From NCBI GenBank assembly GCA_965367815.1, contig CBDUKN010000001.1:160001-224000 (forward strand): 64,000 nt of DNA, in the 5' to 3' direction. Made by a program: the position numbers and the translations under genes. The stretch comes from an uncultured Thermoprotei archaeon. GTDB lineage: Archaea; Thermoproteota; Thermoprotei; Thermofilales; B15-G2. The notes beneath the pieces are model-generated. The model saw only the letters and a program-made list of their open reading frames with translations, ran no database searches and was not told where the DNA came from. Positions 47,283-54,987 of the stretch are shown here, piece by piece (position 1 is the first letter of the stretch; each line of letters begins with the position of its first letter).

Positions 47283-48250
47283 ATTCTCTCCTCTATTCTT
47301 ACGCTTTTGAGAAAGCTACTTGAAAAATGATATGCTCCTGTAAGAGCTAGAAGAGACAGTATAAGGAGCTCTGGTCTAGTGCTCGAGGCAATTATAGCGA
47401 AGATAGGTGAAGCAACAATTGAGGCTAATGCGCCCAGAGCATAGGCTATTCTTCTTAAGGCCGTAACAGGCTCTGTCTTAACGAGTAGCCTAAGGTTCCA
47501 TCCGGTGAAGAAAGCTGAGTAAAGTGATTCTCTGTACTCGTAGCATATTCTCCATACGGGAACCAAGTATAGTTTAAGGTCCTGAGGTTCAGAAGCAGCG
47601 ACATTAAAGCAGTCGATAGTACCTTTGCTACGGTAATAGCTCCTTAAATGGTCTAGAGCACTATCCTTCATTTCGAGAGAAACCATTTTCTCGTCAAGCT
47701 CTGTGTTTAGCACTTCAAGCTTCATTTTATTCCACTTTTCTAAATCTAGGTCAAGAAGCTTTTTAGCATACTCTGCAGAGTTGCTCGACACTACTTCTTT
47801 AGCAACTTCTTCTGTTCCGAGCCTAAAGTACTGGCGACGAGCTACAACGGGTACAGTATATGTCTCATCGATAGTCACAGTCCTATATACTCGCCTTCTA
47901 CGCGTCTCTACTCTCTTGTCTCTTTTCTTGTACTCTGTAACATAATAGTAGTAAGAAACATAGCCCTTCAAGTATATTTTACCAACCCAAACAGGAATAT
48001 AGACTCCATCAATGCTTCTGACACTAATCTCGCTTTTAATCGACTGTAAATCGAAGTCTCTTTCAATTGCAGTCCAAAAAGCTTTTACTATATACTCTCG
48101 AGGATACGTCGGTAGAACAAAAATTTTATTCAAGTCTACTAGGCCCGCTACTAAGTGAGGCTTACCACAATATTCACAGACAACTACTACGCTTTCGGGA
48201 GTCACTTTAAGCGGAGCACCACATCTGTCACAAAGATAGCCTGTGCTCAT
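47279..48250 (-). CDS. Zinc-ribbon protein with C-terminal TM hairpin (YdjG-like paralog)
   Basis: CDRCGAP...CEYCG, YIPVW, LVPVW...YEY, two C-terminal TM helices. Confidence 0.75.
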   Translation of the reverse strand: MSTGYLCDRCGAPLKVTPESVVVVCEYCGKPHLVAGLVDLNKIFVLPTYPREYIVKAFWTAIERDFDLQSIKSEISVRSIDGVYIPVWVGKIYLKGYVSYYYYVTEYKKRDKRVETRRRRVYRTVTIDETYTVPVVARRQYFRLGTEEVAKEVVSSNSAEYAKKLLDLDLEKWNKMKLEVLNTELDEKMVSLEMKDSALDHLRSYYRSKGTIDCFNVAASEPQDLKLYLVPVWRICYEYRESLYSAFFTGWNLRLLVKTEPVTALRRIAYALGALASIVASPIFAIIASSTRPELLILSLLALTGAYHFSSSFLKSVRIEERI

Positions 48251-49146
48251 AGCTTCTTCAGCCTGTCAGCTACTCTAGAGTACTCTGCGTTAATAAACAG
48301 CATACGGTGTGTTTCAGGTGAATAAAATCTTGTTTTCACACTTCTCTCATCTAGAGTCTTCCTTACATAGTCTTCTTCGACATTTTTTAAGTCAAAGTAG
48401 TCTGAGGCATAGGTAAATGTCCACAGATCCATGAACGAGGGCACAAAGGCGCCGTAAATTCCAACATACTTGAAGTACTTTTTAAGCTCACTAACTATTT
48501 TCTGCTGGGAACCTAAGTGTTCAACTAAACCGAAAGTCTGGAAAACAACTACACTTTTTTCTCGAAGAGCGTTTTTTAGCTTCTTTACGAATTCTTCTCC
48601 ATAAATAGGGCTATCAGGAGAATCTGTTAAATCTATGTAAGCTATGTCAAATTCATTTCTAGGCTTTTCAATGTACTTAAAGCCGTCTTCAATAACTATT
48701 TCTGCTCTAGGATCGCTGAATGAACCTTGAGGAACAGATGGCATGTATTTCTTAACTACTTCTATTACGCGTTCATCTATTTCAACTAAAACGGCTTTTT
48801 TCACTGTATTATGTTTAAGTACTTCGCGCAAAACACCGCCGTCTCCTCCACCTACTATCAGTACTTTTTCGGGATTTGGGTGAGTAATCATGGCTGGATG
48901 AACAAAAGCCTCGTGGTAAATATGTTCATCACCCTCAGTAATCTGCATACTTCCGTCGAGGAAAAGACAAAGACCATAGTGTTTTTCTCTGACAACATCT
49001 ATTTTCTGATACTTACTTTCTTCTGAGTGAACAATTTCATCTACTTCTTCAAGAACATAAGTGTCTTCTCTTACTTTCTGTACATAGAAAAGACGTCCAT
49101 TTATTTTGCGAAGACCAGTTTCAAGCACAAAAATACATACTGGCAA
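48247..49146 (-). CDS. speE: Polyamine aminopropyltransferase (spermidine synthase family)
   Basis: SKYQKI, LDGSMQ, YHEAFVH, GGGDGG, VEID, DLTD. Confidence 0.9.
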   Translation of the reverse strand: MPVCIFVLETGLRKINGRLFYVQKVREDTYVLEEVDEIVHSEESKYQKIDVVREKHYGLCLFLDGSMQITEGDEHIYHEAFVHPAMITHPNPEKVLIVGGGDGGVLREVLKHNTVKKAVLVEIDERVIEVVKKYMPSVPQGSFSDPRAEIVIEDGFKYIEKPRNEFDIAYIDLTDSPDSPIYGEEFVKKLKNALREKSVVVFQTFGLVEHLGSQQKIVSELKKYFKYVGIYGAFVPSFMDLWTFTYASDYFDLKNVEEDYVRKTLDERSVKTRFYSPETHRMLFINAEYSRVADRLKKL

Positions 49147-49152
49147 TAATAC

Positions 49153-49425
49153 TTAAGTCTTATGTGAATTTGCTGTAGAATTCATAGTAACTTCATACCT
49201 CAATACAGCATCGCCTAAATCTACTTCTATTACAACTTTATTTCCATTTTTCTCAATTTTTGTTCTTTTAACTAAATCTAGAGCCTCACTATAGGATAAT
49301 TGATGCTTTCTATGAGATATTTCGTAAAAAATATCTAAGAGAACTTGAGCTACTTTATTCTCATATTCTTCTTCCAAAGACTCTTTAATAATATCTTCAA
49401 CAATTTTTTCTACAAGAGAGCTCAT
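49153..49425 (-). CDS. Hypothetical protein
   Basis: 90-aa ORF overlapping the upstream ORF and 6 bp from speE; operon-like arrangement. Confidence 0.6.
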   Translation of the reverse strand: MSSLVEKIVEDIIKESLEEEYENKVAQVLLDIFYEISHRKHQLSYSEALDLVKRTKIEKNGNKVVIEVDLGDAVLRYEVTMNSTANSHKT

Positions 49426-49840
49426 GACGTATCCTCTCTATAACACAAATTATGTATAAAAGAATACCAGAAGGATCTCCTCTCCATTCCTCTAAAATAG
49501 CTTCCTTTTCTCTAGCTATTTCTTCTAAAGGAATACCTGTTTCTTCAAGAAAGTATTCAATAAGGCTTGCATCGCTATTTTCTTCGAGTTGCTCATTTCT
49601 CTTCAACAAAATTGTTATCTCAGATAAACGTTTGCTTCCAAAAATACTGCTAATGCTCGCTTCAGCTAGCTCAATTCCCTTAAAAATTCTCGTCGCTATG
49701 AGAGCGGCGTCAGCAGCATTGTTTATGTTCTTTCCTCTAGCCTTGATCGCTATTTTTTCAACTCCTATGTAGAAATTATAAAGCACTTCTGCAGCACACC
49801 TTAAGGCTGATTCTCCGCAGTAAATAATTTTACACTCCAC
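49397..49840 (-). CDS. Alba-like domain protein with acidic C-terminal extension
   Basis: IAIKARGKNINNAADAA...LSEITILL resembles the Alba KARG motif and final strand. Confidence 0.65.
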   Translation of the reverse strand: MECKIIYCGESALRCAAEVLYNFYIGVEKIAIKARGKNINNAADAALIATRIFKGIELAEASISSIFGSKRLSEITILLKRNEQLEENSDASLIEYFLEETGIPLEEIAREKEAILEEWRGDPSGILLYIICVIERIRHELSCRKNC

Positions 49841-49898
49841 TGGCTTTTATTCATCGTGAAACTTAATTAAATTTTCTTACTAGCAAAACCCTGTAACA

Positions 49899-50603
49899 CT
49901 AAGTTAATACAATACCAGAAACTATTGCTAGAGCAGCTGGGGCTAGGTCTCTGTAGTCTTTCACAATAGATAGCAAATTGTTTTTGACAAGATACTGTAT
50001 TAAATCTATGTAAACTATAATAGGTTTACCTGACTCAGAGATAATTCTCCAATAACGTTTTTTGTCATTTTTTATTTTATTTAAACGTTCTTCAATAAGC
50101 TTAGAAAAGTCTCCTCCCCTGAGCCATAATTCGATTATTTTAGCTGAATTTTGAGTAGACCATGAATAAAAATCTAGTGTAGTATAGTCAGCAATCCTCA
50201 TGTGGAGTTTCCAATTTTTATCACTTAGCTCTTTATTTGTTTTAATACAGTCTACACAGATAGACTTTAGTGACTTGAAAGCCTCTTCTCCTACTATAAA
50301 TATCGGTGAGACATATATAGAGGCCACAGCTACATGTTTAGCGCCAGCGCCTATCTCTTCTCCTATTTTATCTAATAGTTCTTTTAACGCAGTGATAGGA
50401 TAGTGGAGTTTAATGAAAGGCTTTCCTTCATATTTCCCTATTATAGGATATTTTTTAGCAAGGTCTTCTATGTAACCTAAATTACGGTAACGAAATCTTT
50501 TAACAAGCCACTTAATTTTCTCTTCAAACTCTTCTTCAGAAGCCTCGCTGTAAACAACACCTCTCAAATTCTTTACAATAGCTGCATACAGGTGAAACGA
50601 CAC
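49899..50603 (-). CDS. Conserved hypothetical protein
   Basis: 234 aa; motifs FRYRNLG, ASIYVSP, WKLHMRIADY, DKKRYWRI; no function recognised. Confidence 0.7.
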   Translation of the reverse strand: MSFHLYAAIVKNLRGVVYSEASEEEFEEKIKWLVKRFRYRNLGYIEDLAKKYPIIGKYEGKPFIKLHYPITALKELLDKIGEEIGAGAKHVAVASIYVSPIFIVGEEAFKSLKSICVDCIKTNKELSDKNWKLHMRIADYTTLDFYSWSTQNSAKIIELWLRGGDFSKLIEERLNKIKNDKKRYWRIISESGKPIIVYIDLIQYLVKNNLLSIVKDYRDLAPAALAIVSGIVLT

Positions 50604-50615
50604 ATTATAAAGAGC

Positions 50616-51260
50616 TCAGGTACTTATTTTCTTTAACTCTACATCGACTTCTTTGTCGTCAATATGTGCTACGGCATAGTACTTTTTAAAGAGAGGGCCT
50701 GGATTAACTACAATAGTTTCTTTTATCCTGCAGACTCCTCGGCCTTCATGAATGTGGCCGCACACGCTTAAAACAGGTCTCTTTTCTTCTATAATTCTCC
50801 GTACAGAAATACTTCCTGCATGAGTACCGAAAAGGACTCTATCTAGGTCAGTGTTCTTTGGAGGAGCATGAGTAAGCAGAATATCCCCCGGTTCAACTAT
50901 GCTCAGCTTACTGAAGATTTCATCTTCGCTGAACTCGAGAGGAGTATTAAACGGAGTTGGAGAAGAACCTCCGAAGCCCGCTACTCCGATGTCTTTGTAA
51001 ATTACTCTTTTGCCGTGAACAGAACAATTCTTTTCTTCTAGAGCACGAATTACCTCGATAGTGTCACAATTGCCTGGCACACAGAGTATCTTAGAGCCTA
51101 TTTTCTCTAATTCCTCTACAATCTCGAGTGCTTCAGAGTATCCGCCGAAGTCTGTCAAGTCTCCGGCTACGAGCAATAAGTCTACACTACTTACTTCAGA
51201 GACAAGTTTCTTTACTGAAGAAAGTTTTCCGTGAATATCGCTTACACAAACTATTTTCAC
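50616..51260 (-). CDS. Calcineurin-like metallophosphoesterase
   Basis: SDIHG, GDLT, PGNCD, THAPP, CGHIHE, NPG. Confidence 0.92.
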   Translation of the reverse strand: MKIVCVSDIHGKLSSVKKLVSEVSSVDLLLVAGDLTDFGGYSEALEIVEELEKIGSKILCVPGNCDTIEVIRALEEKNCSVHGKRVIYKDIGVAGFGGSSPTPFNTPLEFSEDEIFSKLSIVEPGDILLTHAPPKNTDLDRVLFGTHAGSISVRRIIEEKRPVLSVCGHIHEGRGVCRIKETIVVNPGPLFKKYYAVAHIDDKEVDVELKKIST

Positions 51261-51395
51261 GCAGTAGAGTACTGAAAACAGCCTCTAATACTTTATCTAT
51301 GCTTTTTAACTAGTATGCTATCAAACTATTTCTCATTAAATAGTAGGTAGTTTTCTACAAATAAATTTATATAGAAGGAGGTAGAAGCCTATAGC

Positions 51396-51863
51396 ATGGA
51401 TAAACCACTAGATACGGTCAAAGAGTATTTAAAGCAAATGGGGCTGAGCGAGGAGAACATTAAAGAAGGACCTTCAGGTATAACTGCTCATTTTGAAGTA
51501 GAGGTTTCTGGCGAAGGAGAGGGAGAAAAAATATCAGTTGAAATACCGATAAGCTTTTTCGCTCTAGAGGACTGGGTGAACTGTTTCACTATACTCTTAG
51601 ATTTATCTAGTATTCCTGAGGAGACAGATCTTCAAAGCTTTTTGCTTTCTTTGCTAAGAGCAAACATGAGTATTCCTGAGCTGAATTTCGGCATAATAGG
51701 TAACTACTTAGGACTTTATGCATGGATGCATTCTTCTGCACTATCATACGAGAACTTTGTCTCAGAAGTAGAGGGAATTATAAATGGAGCAGTAGTTTTC
51801 GCTACAAAAATTCTTCCAGGTTTTCCTGAAATTCAGGAAAACTTAGTTGAAGAATGTAGTTAG
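51396..51863 (+). CDS. Acidic hypothetical protein, possible YbjN/CesT-like chaperone fold
   Basis: Acidic 155 aa; LLSLLRAN...LNFGI pattern; SD GGAGG upstream. Confidence 0.55.
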   Translation: MDKPLDTVKEYLKQMGLSEENIKEGPSGITAHFEVEVSGEGEGEKISVEIPISFFALEDWVNCFTILLDLSSIPEETDLQSFLLSLLRANMSIPELNFGIIGNYLGLYAWMHSSALSYENFVSEVEGIINGAVVFATKILPGFPEIQENLVEECS

Positions 51864-51990
51864 TGTACGTCTAAGTTCTCGAAGAATAGCTGTTTCTTTT
51901 TAAGGTATTTCTTTAACAACTACTTAGCTGAAAATTTATTAGCATAAGCAGCTCCATGCTTAAACCGCTGGTTATTGCTTTAAATCACTT

Positions 51991-52920
51991 ATGAAGACAC
52001 TATTTTTATATACCATACTGCAAGAAGAGTACGGGACGATGTCTCAACTCAAACCATTTGTAATGCTACAGCCTGTCTCAAACAAGACTTGGCTCATAAT
52101 GAAGTTGAAGCATATTCTAGTAAGCAAGAAAACACAGTACCAAAGTCTAGCTATAGTAGATTTTGAGGAATACGGGCGAAGCCTCGTTCTAGATGATCTT
52201 GTTCAGTCAAGCGAGGAAGACGAGTACATATACCATGAATCGCTTGTTCATCCTGCTATGATTACTCACCCAAATCCCGAAAAAGTACTGATAGTAGGTG
52301 GAGGAGAAGGAGCTACGCTGCGCGAGGTGCTGAAACACAGCACTGTGAAAAAAACTGTGATGATAGATATTGACAAAGACGTAGTAGAATACGCCAAAAA
52401 ATACCTACAGAGTTTTCATCAAAACAGCTTTAGCAACCCTAAAGCCGAAGTAATAATAATGGATGGAAGAGAATACGTAAAGAAAATTGAAAACGAGTTC
52501 CAAGTAATAATACTCGACTTAACAGACCCCTATGGGCCCGAAATCTCTCGTGCACTGTACTCCGAGAAATTCTACCGCGAAGTTTACAGAGCACTAACAG
52601 AAGACGGCTTAATGGTTACACAGGCAGGCTCATCGTTTTACTTCGAGGAAGTCTACGACGAGGTATTATCAAATGTAAAAAAAGTATTCCCTATAGTAGT
52701 AGAGTACAATGTCTGGATACCCTGCTTTGGCTACGCTTGTAACTTCATTATAGGCTCTAAGAAATATAGTCCCCTAGACTTAACAGTAGAAGAAGCTGAA
52801 AAAAGACTTAAAGAAAGATCTGTTAAAACACTATTTTACAGTGGGGCGACTCACTTAGCGCTACTTCATACACCTATTTTCAGAAGAAAAAGCTACCTAC
52901 TGAAGAAGACATGTCATTAA
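51991..52920 (+). CDS. speE: Polyamine aminopropyltransferase (GGGEG type)
   Basis: TQYQ, LDDLVQS, YHESLVH, GGGEGAT, DID, DLTDP. True start may be the ATG at 52039. Confidence 0.9.
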   Translation: MKTLFLYTILQEEYGTMSQLKPFVMLQPVSNKTWLIMKLKHILVSKKTQYQSLAIVDFEEYGRSLVLDDLVQSSEEDEYIYHESLVHPAMITHPNPEKVLIVGGGEGATLREVLKHSTVKKTVMIDIDKDVVEYAKKYLQSFHQNSFSNPKAEVIIMDGREYVKKIENEFQVIILDLTDPYGPEISRALYSEKFYREVYRALTEDGLMVTQAGSSFYFEEVYDEVLSNVKKVFPIVVEYNVWIPCFGYACNFIIGSKKYSPLDLTVEEAEKRLKERSVKTLFYSGATHLALLHTPIFRRKSYLLKKTCH

Positions 52921-53199
52921 GCCAGGTCTATACCTAAATTTATTTTAAATTCGTTTCGATTAAACGAACTAAACAGCTATTTTAATCAGTCTGGAGTTAA
53001 TGCTCAACTTAGCTCTATTATTTCACTTGCTAACACTCGACAAAGCTCTTCTAAAGCACTCTATATAATCACTTTTCTCAAGTACACTTCTCCCCTAGTT
53101 TACTTAGCTTCCGATATAATAAGACTTATTTATAATGCTGTTACTAATCTACAAATTAAAGACATTATTTTCTTAACGGTAATTACTCTTCTATATATT

Positions 53200-53835
53200 T
53201 TATTTACCTGAAAATACTTTACGAATACTTAACAATAGTATAGCTCTTAGTCTCAAAGAACTATAGTCTTCTCCCACAAGTACTCGCTTTTTCCTCAGCT
53301 CAGCTACTCTTCTACCCAGCTCACTTATTTCCATGCCTAGTTTTACTGCAGCATCGCGGAAAGAGTCTGCTTCAGCTATAGCTTTAAGAACTCTTACGTC
53401 TTCAGAAGAAAGCTCTACTTGAGGAAGGGTCAACAGCTCAAGCAGTACTTCTTTCACAGCGCTCTTAACACTGTAGACTAATTCCTCGGGAGTCACAAAA
53501 ACTAGAAACTCTGGTAAAAACAGTACTTCTACTCCCAGAAGCTCAGCTGTTTTTCTCGCAGCTTCATCAGAGAAATCTCTACAAACAATCAGCGGCTTAG
53601 CTTTAAGCAAAACAGCATTAGCATAAACCTGTCTCAAATCAGTTACCGATACTCTACCTGCTTTAACTTCAACAGCATATCTCTCGCCGTCTTTTTCTGC
53701 TAAAATATCTACTTCAGCAATATCTACTCCCTCCACTTTAATCCTATACCTTTTACCAACTATCCTGTACCCTCTCCTGGTCAAAACTTCTTCAGCTATA
53801 TTTTCGATAGAAATTCCTTTAATCTTTGGCTTCAT
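53200..53835 (-). CDS. PD-(D/E)XK (RecB/YraN-like) nuclease with C-terminal HTH
   Basis: E..AE..L..RGY, AEVDILAE, AVEVKAG; C-terminal SFRDAAVKLG helix-turn-helix. Confidence 0.8.
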   Translation of the reverse strand: MKPKIKGISIENIAEEVLTRRGYRIVGKRYRIKVEGVDIAEVDILAEKDGERYAVEVKAGRVSVTDLRQVYANAVLLKAKPLIVCRDFSDEAARKTAELLGVEVLFLPEFLVFVTPEELVYSVKSAVKEVLLELLTLPQVELSSEDVRVLKAIAEADSFRDAAVKLGMEISELGRRVAELRKKRVLVGEDYSSLRLRAILLLSIRKVFSGK

Positions 53836-53881
53836 AATTTAAAAAACATTTAGAAGACTAAATGCTTAAGCACTAAAAAGG

Positions 53882-53931
53882 TCAGCGACGTCGTAGCCCT
53901 CGTCATTTATCAGTCCCAGGTTCTTCATCAC
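53882..53931 (-). ncRNA. Box C/D methylation guide sRNA
   Basis: Minus strand: C GTGATGA, guide AGAACCTGGGA, D' CTGA, C' ATGACGA, guide GGGCTACGACGTCG, D CTGA. Confidence 0.88.
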
Positions 53932-54003
53932 AATCAATATTTTCTCTGTAAGTAACCTATTATTTAATATTTTTGTTTTTGTTAATGAATAGTACTTAAT
54001 ATA

Positions 54004-54753
54004 CTATACTAAAAGTAAAGTTTTCACTATATCAAGTAGCTTAGTCATGTTGAATATAACGTAGTCTGGTTTATAGAAAGGAAAGTCTACTTTTAAGGAA
54101 CATTTCTCATTCAAGTACTTTTTTCTAAGAAATTTCTCTAAATTGAGAACATTTTCTCTAACAACGAGCACCACAGGGAGCCCTGCATTTTTTGCTCCAT
54201 ATACGTCGAAGAAGTAACTATCTCCTACAGCTAAGGCTTTGGAAGGCATATTTTTAAGAGCCTTTTCATAAGCCCTCCTATCGGGTTTGCCGTAGCCTAA
54301 AAGATCAGGTGTTGCTATTTTATCAAAATACTCTAAAAGATTAAGTTTTCTAAGTAAGGGTACTTGGTAAATAGAGTATCCGCTCGAGAAAGCAATTAAA
54401 GCTACTGGAAGTTTCTTAAGTCTCTTTATTGTGTCAATAGCATCTGGATACACATGTAGATATTTTTCTACAAGGTAATTTTTCAGCATAATTGCTAGCT
54501 GCGGAGGTTTTTCTTTTAACCCATATTTTAGGTAGATTTTTTCGATAATATCTTGATAGTCATAAGCTCTTACATAATCCTTAGAGGCTATCCTAGCCAA
54601 TCTTTCTCTTCTAATTTCCTTTAAGAAGTCTTCTTTCGAGATTCCGGTATCTTTAGATACTCTCTTAGCTATATCATTAATTAAGTATGCAAGAGGATTT
54701 CTTTTGATAATAACTTGATCTATGTCCATTAGGATTGAAAGCTTTATTGTCAT
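54004..54753 (-). CDS. HAD-superfamily hydrolase
   Basis: DIDQVI, FSSG, GKPD, VGDSYFFDVYGAKNAG. Confidence 0.88.
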   Translation of the reverse strand: MTIKLSILMDIDQVIIKRNPLAYLINDIAKRVSKDTGISKEDFLKEIRRERLARIASKDYVRAYDYQDIIEKIYLKYGLKEKPPQLAIMLKNYLVEKYLHVYPDAIDTIKRLKKLPVALIAFSSGYSIYQVPLLRKLNLLEYFDKIATPDLLGYGKPDRRAYEKALKNMPSKALAVGDSYFFDVYGAKNAGLPVVLVVRENVLNLEKFLRKKYLNEKCSLKVDFPFYKPDYVIFNMTKLLDIVKTLLLV

Positions 54754-54987
54754 ATAGTTGGACTATACACAGGCCGATAAATACCTCGCTCCTTTTTAGA
54801 TATGTTTCTAAAGGAGTCGTATTTGATTTACTAAGTATTATAGAAAAAGGACTATCACTAAGATCAGCCTATTAACTCGGTATATAAGGCAATATATACT
54901 TCTTTGAAGATAGAAATAGACTTCTAAAAACTATGGTATATAAATGTTTCTATAAAGTATATAAACTCTCGAGCGCGGAAAAAATCT

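Larger units (their letters stand above)
48842..52307. repeat. 50-bp perfect inverted identity between the two speE paralogs (48842-48891 / 52258-52307)
   Basis: ATGATTACTCACCCAAATCCCGAAAAAGTACTGATAGTAGGTGGAGGAGA is present in both genes, on opposite strands. Confidence 0.9.

Noticed and set aside
52950-52968. 7-bp inverted repeat TTCGTTT-N5-AAACGAA after speE
   Set aside because: Too short and AT-rich to distinguish from chance; at most a terminator or operator.
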